A stretch of 62,940 bases of DNA, counting the filler, from Catajapyx aquilonaris (lineage: Eukaryota): the NCBI GenBank assembly GCA_000934665.2. It is 3 parts of 3 records of this genome, joined end to end, with 100 filler letters (N's around TTAATTAATTAA, not from the genome) between each part and the next. Parts side by side here need not be neighbours in the genome. Positions count along the whole stretch, not along the records: positions 1 to 22,092 come from JYFJ02006296.1; positions 22,193 to 42,495 come from JYFJ02006297.1; 1 more part is not named here. One strand, 5' to 3'. Position numbers and translations under genes: made by a program. Shown here in pieces: positions 13,582 to 26,973 of the stretch; positions within the stretch are counted from its first letter, which is position 1; the number at the start of each line of letters is the position of its first letter. Under the pieces are notes generated by a model. That model searched no databases and was not told the origin of the DNA. It saw nothing but the letters and a program-made list of their open reading frames with translations.

Positions 13582-13712
13582 GGGCTCAAATTATTTTGGC
13601 CACTTTATCCTGGTCTTGAAGCAACCCTTCGCACATGCCCCACGGTGAGGCAGTGTGGTGTGTGAAGGGTTGCTTTAAGACCAGGATAAAGTGGCCAAAA
13701 GAATTTGAGCCC
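13582..13712. repeat. Fold-back inverted repeat (about 55-bp arms), MITE-like
   Basis: GGGCTCAAATTATTTTGGCCACTTTATCCTGGTCTTGAAGCAACCCTTCGCACA pairs with TGTGTGAAGGGTTGCTTTAAGACCAGGATAAAGTGGCCAAAAGAATTTGAGCCC with few mismatches. Confidence 0.85.
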
Positions 13713-16700
13713 CATAGTGTACAGTACAAGAAGAGTCCATCCTCTACATGCAAACGTACAGAAATCAGCCGAAAGTCTCCCGAGAACACACCGAGCTCAA
13801 TCAGTTCTACCAAAAAGTTACTGTAGACTAGAAAGAAAATGTAACTCAGCAAGGCTTCCTCGTCCCTCAATTATCGAACTGGAAGCCTCGGGTCTTTCAA
13901 CTGTGGAGGACAGGGGGGAAAAGGCTCTCTATAAATAAAACGAAGTGCAGAAAGGACTGGAATCTCCTTGTGGGCGAACTGTCCGAAGTATATACGCATA
14001 AGAGGGCTCCCAGACCACGTTCCCAAACTCAGTCGGATGTCTGCCTCCGGAATCCTAATTATCCATCAGAGGAGTTAGGAAGAGGCTGAACCCATGCGTA
14101 ATGACATCGGAGGGTTGGTCTTGTTTTCAATCTCTTTAGAAACGTGATAAGTGAAACACACTGCTCGACACTCGGCGGGGTAATTCATTAAGGGAGTCTT
14201 GGTAATGAAATGGAGGGGGGAATGCCAAGAGGTGTTTCCTCCTACATCACAGGGTATAGTATTCGGGTAAGGATCAGGGAATCATTTTATGTAAGGGTAT
14301 ATCATGTGGTTTTGTTACTGAGGTAATTAGGTTTTACTAAAGAGGGTGGAATGCTATTGTGTTCAACAGCGTACGGAAAACTGTGCTGTGACTTTTTAAA
14401 GGTACCGTTCCACATCATCCTGGCACGATGCAACGCAACGAACCAGCTTTGCATAATGCTGATGCTATATCACAATAATGTGGGAGGAACACATACCGGT
14501 ATATTGCAGGGTGTTTCATAAAGTTAGGTTTGAAGGCAATTTTCTAGATAACGAGGCAATGACACTCTTACGCAAATCATCCAATGATGCCCAAGAAGTC
14601 ATCCAGTTTGTCTCTAAATCATTACAGTGAACTTTAAAAAAACACTGGTCAGTTTCATGCGGTAGAGATCTAACACACTTTGTCTGGATTTTGACAATTC
14701 CCAGCGGTACAAATGTTCACATCGAGGCTCTGAAACCATTAGCTTTGTGGCATTTACTGCAGCATGTGTAGTGAATTAAATTTTACATGGCTGCTAATTG
14801 CTAATGCAAAGCTAATATTTATTACTTGATTGACTGGCGTTGACCTAGTTCTCTGTGCCGCAAATTGTTCAAACATTTTCAGACGTGTTACCATTATTTT
14901 TCGCGGTTTCTCGATATTTTAGAAGTTATTAATGCTGCCATAATTATGATCGGAACATGCAGTTAATTCTAATTTCGCGTGCAATATTCAGTTGAATTGA
15001 AACAGATATTTGAGGTCTCGTTGTATTTTAAAACTTGAAAACCTGTAATTACTGCGTTCACAAACACACGTAGCACATATTTTTAAAACATACGGTAGTT
15101 TATGTACGCGTATAATTCGTATGGATTTATATAAAACAAATATAGTGGTCATTAATGCAATAGTACGTATTGAAGTTTCAACTCGTAATTTTCTAAGAAG
15201 GGTTTACGCTACGAACATTTTTTTTGTCTGCATCCTATTTGGGTCGATATGATAATATCACTACATCAGAAGTGAAGAAACGATCATGAATAAAAAGAAA
15301 GGCAACAATATTTTTTCTTCGTCCTAACAAATCAATACTTTATATATTCTCTTTGCTATACCATTAAGTTGGAACAGGTTTTTAAGTTTTGTAAATTGTA
15401 AAAAATGAGACTGCTATAAAAAGTCTATAAGGTTAGGCCAATATTACAGGTGTTACAGTGCTCAAAAAAGTCAGGCCTCTTACATTAATTATTATTGCAA
15501 CTATTATATTATTAGCCTATTGACATTATCTTGGTAATAATTATGCAGATAGATCCAGCGAACGCATTTCATGTACAGTGGTCCTATTTTCAACAATTAT
15601 GAGGGCAAGTGTTACAGTATGTTCCTTCTTGAATATTTGCACGAACACTAGTGTGCACTGTACGACAAACAAATCCTTCATTGCACTCATACCCATTATT
15701 GTTATTCATCCACGCAACACCCCTTCTCACACTATCACTTTCGCCTCGATCACGTTTGAACACACAGGTCTACAAAGTTCACTACATGAACCACCTCTTA
15801 TTAACCCCAATCACAGCCCTTGCCCTAATCCTTTTTTCCCACACAATGAAGTTGGTGATAACGACTTAGAAATCGCATCACGCGATCAGAACCAAAAACG
15901 CACCTCGATAACTATACTTAGACCTCTGGCCAACAAAATGTACGCACCTGCAAATGTCTGTCTGGCAATGACATAAAACGAAGTGCACCCTTTGGAAATG
16001 CGAAATGGCTCCTGGGGAAAATAAAGTTTATTGGCAATTTCAGTGCCCCTTTCCTTCTCCATGATGCCTGCCTGCCTACACCTCTACGCACGGAACAATG
16101 CACGCCAGGGAAAGATGGCGGATCGATACACTAGCTCTGGCTGCCTCCGTCTGCATAAACAATGCCTTTGCAAAAGGGAGGGAACTGAAATCCACTCTTA
16201 CAAAGTTCAATTAACAAAATTCAATCAATCAATGGAATTTCAGGGGAGTATGACGCCTTAGGTGTTTGTGCTTCTGCAAGAACTTTGTTGAGGAGATGGA
16301 AACGAGATGGTGAGGTCAATCAATGGGACAAAATAATTTAAAAGGGAATGACTTTAGCACATGCACTATCGCGTGGTTGCAGAATTTCGGCAAAATTTCG
16401 GTTAAAAATTAGTGCTGTTGATGCAAACATTGAAGGGCACTGACGTTACCGTTTATAATATTAAAATTCGTCGTATTTTAAAATATGCAGTCAATATCAC
16501 GTAAACTTCGTGCTAATCTGTTGTCAGGACTTGACGGCTCGTTAGAAGGTTGTAGAAATCTGGGCATAACAGAACCAAACTATCTGGACGAAATAAGGAG
16601 CAATTCAAGAGCCGCATGAGGCCCGCAGGATGTTGTTTGAACATCCCCGCTGCTATATGTAGAGGATATTAAATGATGGGGTCTGATATGAGCTTAAACT

Positions 16701-19700
16701 CGGAGTTGAAGCATCAGTAAACTTCGGATAATGTGTCGAAGAATTAAGCCAGGAGAATATATCAATTAGCAGGAATTTTGCCTCTTGCCATTGCACTTCC
16801 TCTTTATGTATTCTTACGAATCGTAGGAGAGAACTTCATCAATTCATTGTGCCAAGTATTTGATATGCACAAAACATTATCTGATACATGAATTTAAAAT
16901 CAAAATTATTCTACACACCGATTTCTGTACTCTCTGGCAAATGCGAGTCCACAAAATACCGCAATAATTTTGTGTCTGAAGATAAATATGGCGGCATAGG
17001 ATTTTTTGCAGGTCTAATTTCACCTGTGATGTGAAGAGAAAATGACGTTGCCCGTTGGCATCGACCTGGAAAGTTCTCTTGAGAAACTCCATCCAACGAG
17101 AGGGAGAGATCAAGTGCCGACAAAAACATTTCCGTGCTCTACACATCTCTTTATTTATTATTTTTTTCCTCTCTTTTCAGGTATACACATTCTCATCATG
17201 TGATATAAGATAGAGCTCAGACACGAAATGTACAAAATTTCACCTTAATGATCATGATGGAACAGTAGTTCATGTCTATTCGGGTCCCAAAAAATAATCA
17301 GGACAAAAATACCACTAACGAAGTTCGTCATTGTCTCAAGAAGCAGAATGCTACGCAAGTCTTTTTGAGAAGAACATCTCATCATCCTGGCGATCCAACG
17401 AACCAGCTACGCTTATCATCTCACCGGGTGGTGTAACAATCAGGCTCAGAGACTGCGGGAGCCAGGAAGCCAGTCCTCCTAGAAAATCCTCACTTTATAT
17501 ACCGTACTGTACAACCTGTACCAAAAAGGCAAAAAAAAAACCGTTTCCCTTTTCCAACACCTTTTGAAACCCAATCTGAATTTCCATGCCAAAGGAATTT
17601 TGGTATAAGAAATAACATTTGCTCCTTCAAGATATCCTCAAGAATCTGAGCCAGGCCTCCTGTTTCTTGAGAAATCAAAGGTGACCCGCGGTCTTTTTTG
17701 GAGAGGAAAAAAAGGAGTAGCATCGGAAGGGTCGGAATTCAATTGGCCACCAGACAGGACGTGGATGCCTCCGGACGGTTCACACTTCAGAAGACGAATG
17801 TTCCGAGTGTCACGTACATCAGAACTTGGCAGCAAAGAAACCGACAACTGTGGCTCGAATATCATTATTGGGGAGCATTGTTATGTCTGGCATACAGTAT
17901 GCATTGTACAAAAAAACATGTTAATTTGGATTTCAATTTTGTTTGAACATACAGCATAAGTAAATTATATTGGAGCATAGTAAAGTGCCCGAATTGTATC
18001 AGAAAAAATCTCTAATCTCAAATCCATAAAATTTCCCTCCCGAATTCAACAACAATTAGGTCCAATATCCGGTCCCTACGTGAGTTAATTTCCTCTCCCA
18101 TTTTGGATCACGTAATATGGTTTTAGAACCCGGCCGCATCTTGAAACTCAACCTGCTTTCAAAACTGCTGACAAAATACACAAGGGATATAGGTACACAT
18201 AGGATAGAGCTTGGGGGCGGTTAACCCGCTTCGACCGCACAGATCCATGTTTGTACAGACCACTACAATGCGGGGTCAACAAGAAAAAGTCGAAGCTAAA
18301 CCCACACCGAGGAGGTAAATATTTTTCATAGCACCAGGGAATCAACCTGATGCTTTTTGGGGTTGTTTTATTCCTCCCTCAGGCTGTCATATGAACCCCC
18401 CCAATACCAAATGAAGGTAAAATACTACGTCCTATATAACTCTCTCCCCTATATACACATACCTACAAGTATCGATTGACATGCAGCTGCCACGAATCAT
18501 GTTTCCCCCCAATTCTCTCTTTCAGTCAAAACGTCAATATTTTACCTCTCGCTCTCTGCTTTTCAGGTAATTCGGACTCGATTCGGCCGGCCAGTCTGTG
18601 ATCAAAGAGGTTTGGCTCGATTGAGTGTCGCTGTTTTGGGAAGCATCCACTGATGATTCGCTACAGGCACTAGACCTAACCCACTTTTGCACCACATTCG
18701 CCCGATAACTGACACGATTTTTCAATCAGGTGCAAAAATTTTGCTATTTCAAGGAAAAGTAACACATAATTCATATAACACTTATTGGAATTTTATTTTA
18801 AATGTCACCAATGCAATATAGCATGTTCGAGGAATATGCAGGTTTTCAATTACGTTGCATATGGCAAAAAAAAGGTAAGAAGATTTGCGATTTCAGTAGC
18901 AGCCTTTTTTTTCATTGCAGAAAGCAAATGGGCAGGAGGAGAAAAAAATATTCTGAGAAATGTGGAAGGTTCTAGATACATGTAATTAGATTAGGCTGGG
19001 CAACTTCGCTCCGAATTTAGCCAAGCTGAGCGGTTTCAAACGACACAAAGAACCGTCTCGAAAGGTAAAAAAAAAAGGATTCGAAGAAAGGGCTTAATTT
19101 AGCTTTTTTAAAAATGTGCCTTCGTTGCTAAGAAGATAAAGAAAACTGTAGTTCTGTAGTTTCTTTTCCTCTCACCGTCCCGATTGAAAAGCCAATATGA
19201 GCTATTGATTTGACGTAGAAGTGTCAGAAGGTGTCACAAATGTAACCTCAGGGACCAGAATTTTGTCAAAGTATTTTATCCGGGCATAAAAGCGGTTTTA
19301 AAAGGGGGAGATGATATGTCTGATTAACAATGAACAACACTGATTCAGGGACAATCAGAGTGGTGAACCACACACATTACAATACATGCACTCGTGTAGT
19401 ATTAAGTGGGGCTAACTGTATATTAGGAGCGGAGTGGAAAAAAAATCGATTTTAAAAGGTTCGATGAACTTAACACAATTTCATGCAGTGTAATATTTAT
19501 GAATATTTCGTGCCAATTCCCAACCCATTTGTAATTATTTTTTTTTGCATCGAGCGAGAGTGGGCTGCGATGCTTTTTATTTGCTCTAAATATTTCACAA
19601 ACAACTAGGGCCCAGGAGCGTTAGCTGCGAATTTGGCACTGGCAACACATAAATAGTCAGGCTTAATATGGATTCAATCCATTACTTCATAATGAGTGGC

Positions 19701-20449
19701 AAATGCAATTACATCGGATTGCCCCAGATTTACACCTGCAAGTAACACTGCAACAATACTGCAAAATTGATGGGGATAGACCTGTACGCTGCCGCATGTG
19801 TGCAGGATTTACATCAAGTTTCGGTTGAAATACAGGTGTAACTAGAATGAACTAAAGGGAGTGAACTAAGGATAACAATTAGCTAGAAATAATGCCAACT
19901 TAAATATTATGTGACTTAAAATTTTTCAGCTCCGTGTTTCTGCCTGAAAAAAAGGCAATTTGAAATTCCTCGTCACGCACTTGGCATTCGGCATTAATTA
20001 ACTGGAAGGCCTGCCCCGCTTGCAATTTTCCGTTTCCAGCTGAATAATGAATTACAGGGGGCCGGCATAAATTTAACATGTGATTGCAGATGTTATCGTG
20101 TTTACCCACAGAAATGGAGTGGCAAATGAGCATAGGATTTACGTGCTCTTTTTTTTCCTCCAGTGTAGATTAGCATTCAAGCTTCTGATTCCACTATAGG
20201 CAATTGGTCACACCACAATATTTGTTCAGGAGTATTGGCCAGATCAACACCTGCTTCAGCACTCATCTGTATTGCCACCATATTCGCATCCTCCGTTTTC
20301 AGGATGACATGTACAGTTGGCAATGTCACTTGAAGACATGAAGACATGCTTCACAAAATAAATTATGTAGTATGCAGAGCTCAGCATGGCTCAAGTTTTA
20401 GAGAGAGGAAAGGAGAAGACATGTAAAGTAATAAATATTAAAATTGTAC

Positions 20450-20620
20450 TGCACTTGTCCAACTTAAGAGGAGGAAAAGTGTCCAACTTCCAATAAGATA
20501 GGCAGATGTTCAACTTAGCAACATTACAAGGTATAGGCTTTTTGACGGTTCCAAAAATAATGTCCAACATATAGGGAGGCGGCCAACTTATTAAGGTGTC
20601 CAACTCGACAGGTTTCATTG
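20450..20620. mobile_element. pogo/Tigger-like MITE end
   Basis: Ends GTGTCCAACTCGACAGGTTTCATTG followed by TA. The TGTCCAAC motif is repeated internally. Left end not clear. Confidence 0.45.
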
Positions 20621-20695
20621 TATTACAAGTAATTTAATTGTTATTATATTTGGTATCTTATTGTATTTATTATATTTATTTCTTGTTTTTTTATA

Positions 20696-20957
20696 TCTAA
20701 TATATATTTCAAGACCTATGTCTCTCTGTCTTTTGTTCGCTATGCAAATCCGTACGAAGGCCCCAACATATGCCCCAGGGGTATCACTAGGGGTAGTTTT
20801 TTACCGGGAATTACATAAGCACATTGGAATTTACCTCCGATGTCATCCCTGGCCACAGGAAGCGAAAAGAACTTCGGGAAGTTGGCATCCTGTTCTAATA
20901 ATGCGCATATTGGTATCAACAAACGCACAAACCCCTGTTCCGTTTCCAAGGGAACGG

Positions 20958-20999
<42 letters not shown>

Positions 21000-22092
21000 N
21001 CCCCCCCCCCCGCCACATCCTCCAGCACATCTGTGTCAGCATCAGTGTCATTACATTTCTACGAGGTGGCTGTACTTTGGTCAGTGTTTTTGCACTCACA
21101 TTGGTTGCATACTTTATTGTTCCAATTTAGTTGCCTAGGTTACGACACTACTGGTGTAATTGGGTGATGATCACGTTTTGTTCATAATATTCAAAGAGTT
21201 CCATATCTTGCTATCCTATGGTATCTCATTCCATGTTTATCCTAGACACGGTGGCACGGTCGAGCTACGGTCTCGGGGCAGGCCCAGGGTTCGAGCTGGT
21301 GGTACAAATGCGCTGCATGTAAGAATAGCGGTTGTGGTTTATTGTTTGCTCAGGCAGCCTGTCGGAATTTTCATGGCGTACTTTTCCTGCCATACCTTTT
21401 CCTCTACGTACTGTGTCATGTGCTTTTTGTCAGAATTCTCTTCTTCCGAACTGTGTTACATTCTGCGTCATGTAGTTTTCAATCGTTTTGCTTTTATTTG
21501 TTTTTTCCCCCTTTGTAAAATTTGGACCTCCACATTCTCAATGTATAATCAAAAGTCGTTATGGGATGTGGTTTAACGTGTTTAAGGTGTGGTATAAAGG
21601 TATAAGGTGTGGTATAATGTGTGTAATGGTATTACGAGTATAAGGTGTGGCATAATGTGGTCTACGTAGGTACTGTGTCATGTAGTTTTCCAACTTTTTT
21701 TGCATTTGTTTGTTTTTTCACTTTGTAACGATTGGACCTCCACATTCTCAACACCCCACCAACTTTAAGATGGGCCTAAAAAACATAGTAGCATTGGCAG
21801 AAGCGCATTGGATACACGCAGAGTTCGGCTAAGGATGAGGGACCAAGGCACCGAGGAAGAACACCAAGCATGTCTCCACTCTATGGGAAACGCGGCCATC
21901 AGTCGGAGATTAGCTCCATTTTCATCAACCCACCTCCTACATGCCGCTTTCCACTACTCAGGAGACATTGACAATAATTCTTCTGTCGGTGTTGTTGCAA
22001 TTGGATCTATGTCAGAGGTATAGCCACCATTGTCAGGCAAAGAAGTGGAAGAGTGAAACAAAAACGATCTGTTGCTCCATTGGAAAGGTTAG
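20696..22092 (+). mobile_element. 5' part of a Helitron with decayed Rep/helicase N-terminus, cut by assembly gap
   Basis: A|TCTAATATATAT 5' start at 20696 and a (CT)n tract. Positions 21808-22092 translate, with one frameshift, to RLRMRDQGTEEEHQA...AAFHY...VAIGSMSEV..HCQAKKWKSETKTICCSIGKV, the typical 'IG.M...C..C.A..W..E....CC..GKV' zinc motif of Helitron RepHel proteins. Confidence 0.8.
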
Positions 22093-22192
22093 NNNNNNNN
22101 NNNNNNNNNNNNNNNNNNNNNNNNNNNNNNNNNNNNTTAATTAATTAANNNNNNNNNNNNNNNNNNNNNNNNNNNNNNNNNNNNNNNNNNNN
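22093..22192. other. Assembly gap with TTAATTAATTAA linker
   Basis: 100-nt N block with a central TTAATTAATTAA. An identical construct lies at 42496-42595. Confidence 0.95.
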
Positions 22193-22884
22193 ACCTCTGC
22201 GTGGAATTATTGTTCATGTATCTTGCATAAAATTGGCAACCCTGCCTTTTCCGAGCCGTTTGCGAATTTTTGAACCTTCGTAAATTGGCTCGCAGATAGT
22301 GACCGGGCCACTCATCAAATTTCTGGCCATCATGGGCCTGCTATACTTTGACTCGACATGCTAATGATGAGTTATCTGGGCGCATTTCTCGCATTTAAAA
22401 TAGATATTTCCTCGTGCATGTCGTTGGATTGGATTTTATATGTCAATGACAGTGTGTCGAGGAATCTGGAAAAAAATCTGCATATTTTTCACCGCATCCA
22501 GGAATTTGTAATTAAAGTTTGAAAATTCAACTTTTCCATAAGAAAAAGGAGGGAGCCCTGAGGTATGTGCCGTGGGTACGTCACAGTTCTGAGAAGAGAA
22601 GAGGGTGGTGGGAGGTGACGTCAAAAAACCGGCTCAGCGGCTAGTGAATCAGCCATACTAATAGCAACTCTTCAAGCGGCCGTGGTGTTTTTGGTCCCTC
22701 TTCTGGATTGTGGAGAGGAGAGGTAGGAAGAGGGCGGGGCTTCCGGAAATCCCCCAAATCACCCCTCTCCACTCCGCAACCCAAAAACCGGCTGTAGAGA
22801 GGACTGGGGAGAGAACAGTTGAAGGGAGCGAGGCGCATGTAGCAACCCGCGTGTCATCTCGCGTCTGGCAAGCAGCTGGCAAGG

Positions 22885-24275
22885 ATGGAAGCCGGCGGCG
22901 CCAATGGTCCACCACATCGTAATCCGATTATAACTACAATAGTGTCGATGTTTCTGTGGACATGGAGGAGGAACATCCAGCTGCAAGAACAATTCATGTC
23001 AAGAGCCCTGGCGGTGCCGTCCACACTGAACCCACTGACCTTGGTGCCAGTCATGTAAGTGGAGCTTAAATAAATCTCGACTGGTATTCCACCGGACAGT
23101 GGCATGTGAATACCAGCCAAACCTAGCCAAGAACTCCAAAGTACAAATTTTGGCGGATTTTTGTCTAATTATGACTTGGCATCACTCGTTGGCTTACAAC
23201 AGCTTTGCGTTATAGCCAAAAATCGAATGCTTCCAGGTTTCTCCAGGAGAATCATCCCTATAACTTGGGATATGCCGAAGAGACTGTGCTGCAGTACTCC
23301 ATGGACGACTTTAGAAGCCATTTCAGGATGAGCAGGAGTTCGTTTGAAGCGATTTACTCATACCTGGAAAGTGCTGGAGGGCTTCGGGACGAAGACGAAG
23401 AAGGTCAAGCAATAGGCGCCTTCAAGGCACTCCTCATCTTCATTTGGGTTTTAGCCACACCAGACTCGTACAGATCAATTGGGCAGCAATTTGGGGTCAC
23501 CAAATCAACAGTCTTTGTGTGCCTTCGGAGAATCCGCGAACTAGTGATAGGAACTCTTCTGAAGAAGTTCATTTCATGGCCAGATGAAAATAAGAGGAGA
23601 TCCATTTCGGAGGAATTCAAGAAGAAGTGGCAAATTACTGGAGTGGTGGGGGCCATCGATGGGACACATATACCAATCCAGGCCCCGGTGCAGTATGCCG
23701 AGAACTACATCAACAGAAAGAAGTTTCACTCCATTGTCTTACAGGCAGTTTGTGACAACAATTTGTTTTTGTTAGATTGCAATGTAGGGTGGCCTGGGTC
23801 AGTTCATGACGCCCGGGTGTTAAAGCAGTCAGGGCTGTGGAGGCATGGTCATGAACTCTGCCAGCCTAATTTGTTTATTATAGGAGACCAAGCGTATTCA
23901 TTGATGCCTTGGCTCATGACCGCACACAGGGACAACGGCCATCTCTCAGCTTCTCAGAAGCTCTTCAATAAAACTCTGTCAAAGGCCCGCAGCAGTATCG
24001 AGCGAGCATTTGCCCTGTTGAAAGGGAGGTTCCGGAGGCTGAAGTTTTTGGACATCAGATCAATGAAGGGGCTAGTGGACACTGTCTTTGCAGCTTGTAT
24101 TCTCCATAACATATGCTTGTGCCATGAGGATGACATTGAAGATCTGCTGGAGGGGGAAGATGAAGTAGGGAATGATGGCAATGGAGACGACGTGCTGACT
24201 GTCCCTCATGGTGACCGAAACATGGCAGTACTGGTGAGAAACAATTTAACCCAGGCACTCTGGAGTGCTCGGTGA
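22885..24275 (+). CDS. Harbinger (HARBI1-like, DDE_Tnp_4) transposase, two exons 22885-23054 and 23237-24275, about 402 aa
   Basis: Motifs FRSHFRMSR, GAIDGTHI, YINRKKFHS, GWPGSVHDARV, GDQAY, IERAFALLKGRF and ACILHN. The AT|GTAAGT donor and TTCCAG|G acceptor are phase-compatible. No stops or frameshifts. Confidence 0.92.
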
Positions 24276-24956
24276 GGTTAAAATACCACCCTTCCTAAAG
24301 ACCATTTGTTTTTACATCTTAGTTCTACGTGTGTTTCATTTTAAGTTGAGGTCTGCAGATATGTGACCAATGTCTTGGTCAATTTTTGTAAGTATCTTCG
24401 GTTATCTGCCATCAATACACCAATAAAATTTGTTAGTTCACAGTCCTGTAAGTTGCCTATTCAATTATCCTATTGCAGCAGGTGGAGCCTGCCAGGTTAT
24501 TCATTGACTACCTTCGCATACAGCTGCAAAACCTGGCATTTTCAAGAGGGCATCTACGAGGGCCGTGCAAAAATTGATCTACACTTTATTTTGTTGCTAC
24601 AAATACAGGGCCCATGCATTCGGCAGATTGGCACACATTATCGACAGAACCATGGAGATCCTGCCACACCTGCCAGTGGATTCGGGTCCAGGAGGGTGAT
24701 AACGTGTGCCCATCTGCTGGCCTGTTCTAATCAAACACCAATGCAGGCCCCAACTTTGCTTGAAAGACTACGGTTATCTACATAACCTAGCTGCAGTGTC
24801 CACATTTTCATTTTACATTTATTCCCTACCTCATTTCCTTGTCAGTAAGTAGGCCGAACTAAATTCTGGTTAGTTAAGCCCTGGAATCTCCAGTGTCGCC
24901 AAATATGATTTTGTCGTAATGGTCAATCTGAAAATTCCCAATAGATACCATGTTTT

Positions 24957-26517
24957 CTACTTATCAGCTATTTTATTCAGTACACCCAAGAGCTGCGCCA
25001 TTAAGTTAGAATTATCTTCATGTGTTTTTGTCAGCAATGCCATATTCTCGTCGTGCTGCTTTTGCCCCTGCTGCAGCGCTTCTCTCTGTATGGCGATGAT
25101 ATCTTCCTTGACCCTTTCCGCTGCACTGCCTTTGAATTTCTTTTGCTTCTTGACTGGTCGATCAAGGTCTGAAATGATGGCGCAGCACACTGTTATTTCA
25201 GTTAAGAGGATAGGCCTTAGACACTGCCTATTCAGTGTGTAAACAGAATATGATGAGATTTTGCTGGGATTTAAATTAATACTGAAATTGTGGCTAAATT
25301 ATGGCCTTACAGCATGTCACTTAACTGCATGCCTGCGCATGCTGGTATCTCATGCCTTTTGAAGGTAATGTCATGACTTCTTGCGCTGAGGTTACCTTTT
25401 TATTACATATAAAAAGATCCCTGTCTTGGAATACAGGTTATGCCCCATATTTATAAATGAACCTGTCAAAGGAGGGCATTGTCTCTTTAAGAAGACGACT
25501 GACTGTGAGTCATACCTGATGAGTCGCTTGGGCTGGCACTGGTAATTCTTTCGCTGTTGCTGCTGCTAGCTTGGCTCCCTGTGGAGAGGAATGCATCAGT
25601 TGTAGCAGATACTGTAACTTTAACCTTGGCCAATAAGGCAAGGAGCAAGCTTACCTCCAGCTCCAAGGATTGTGTCTTGGATTGCAAGTGGCCCCACGTT
25701 GGGCCTATCCCCCATTAACTCCTCCATCTCGTCCTCATATTCAAAATCCTTGCGCCCATTACCACTTGTGGAGTTGTGATCTCTTGTACGCTTAAATGCA
25801 CTTTGGAGGGTCTTCCATCTGCCCATGACTTGATTTACTGAGAATTCCCTTCCTGCCGTGGCATTGACTGTCGTGGTGGTGAGCTGCCACAGGTTCTTTT
25901 TTTTTGTACAGCGGGTTTTCCCACTTTTTACCCATCTCCTTTCTTGACTCCAGCAAAGCCAGTGTGGCAGAGCGATCCCAAACTGGAAAGAAAGGCAGCA
26001 ACTTGTACTGTCAATTTTTAACACTCTCACTACAAGCATTCAGGCAACAGCATAATGCCAAGTGCCCTGGTTTTGAAACCAGCAATGCTGGTATGCTGGT
26101 TCCAGTATGCTGGTATGCTGGTCTGCTGGGAATTGGCACTGTTTTGCTGGTACCAGCATGCTGGTGTTTGCTGGTCTTGCTGGTTTCAAAACCAGGGTGG
26201 CATGTAATGGGAATTTTCGTGACGACGTCTCGACTGACTCGACCCCCAATAAAATACAATGAATTAAATAAAGCCTACCTGTGCCTGCCGACTGCCTTGT
26301 CGGTGTCCCTGCCACGTCCGTCTCCTCACAATCACCTGCGAATAACAGGCCACGTGGTTAAAGGTTGCCTATAAATTTACTCATGTGCACTTACTTAGCT
26401 CATCGGCTACGCCTTCCATTGAACTACTTGCGCCTTCTTCACTACTTGCACTCTGGGGGCGGCACTGGTGTTCCGCTTCAGGCAAATAGCGCAGTACTGG
26501 AATGCGTAGGACGCCAT
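24957..26517 (-). CDS. Harbinger Myb/SANT (trihelix) DNA-binding protein, multi-exon, with one frameshift in an A9 run; start uncertain
   Basis: Exon of about 25983-25656 reads VWDRSATLALLESRKEMGKKWENPLYKKK/NLWQ...QVMGRWKTLQSAFKRTRDHNSTSGNGRKDFEYEDEMEELMG. Further exons at about 26335-26279, 25579-25516 and 25168-24957 (basic patch plus coiled coil). One extra A at 25897-25905. Confidence 0.82.
26065..26197. mobile_element. EnSpm-type MITE (133 bp) in an intron of the Myb/SANT gene
   Basis: Perfect TIR CCCTGGTTTTGAAACCAGCA, 2-bp TG TSD and many internal TGCTGG repeats. Confidence 0.85.
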
Positions 26518-26973
26518 TGTCGATCGGGTTCGGGAGCTCAGTCTTTCCGGTCTTTCCCGTGGCCACTCTCCCCGGTCCCCGCTTAATCCTTCCTCCCTCT
26601 CCTCCTTCCCCCTCTCTCCAACCTCTCCCACCTTCGCTCCTTGGAGAGGTTTTGTGGAGAGCTCCGCCCCTTTCACCCCCAATTCCCCCCTCTCAAATTT
26701 TCTGGATACTGACCAAAAACGCATGGGAAGAGGCCACGCCCCCTCTCCACAATCCAGAAGAGGGACCAAAAACACCACCGAAAAGAAAACCTGGCCCTCA
26801 ACAGGTTAACGTGCTTTTCCCCTGTCCGAACTAAGTGATGCGTTGGGGCTTCTGACTGCCTCGTTAGCCTCCGTATCAGGTCGCTCACTCTCTTTTTTTC
26901 ATGACATTCGGTCCCGGAACAGTCCCGTCCATGGTTGTAGAAGACTCAGGTTAGGTCACTCCCCACCCACCCC

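Larger units (their letters stand above)
22682..26797. mobile_element. PIF/Harbinger DNA transposon, near full length (transposase plus convergent Myb/SANT gene)
   Basis: Perfect 37-bp inverted repeat at 22682-22718 and 26742-26778. Right terminus ...GAAAACCTGGCCC|TCA (GGGCC end). The outermost 19 bp or so of the left TIR is missing. Two convergent genes, as is typical of Harbinger. Confidence 0.9.

Noticed and set aside
22137..22148. TTAATTAATTAA motif (also 42540-42551)
   Set aside because: It is embedded in N runs in identical form twice, so it is a scaffolding linker and not biology.
25897..25905. Programmed ribosomal frameshift in the Myb/SANT gene
   Set aside because: Restoring the frame needs +1, not the -1 typical of A-AAA-AAG sites. 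A homopolymer indel or sequencing error is simpler.
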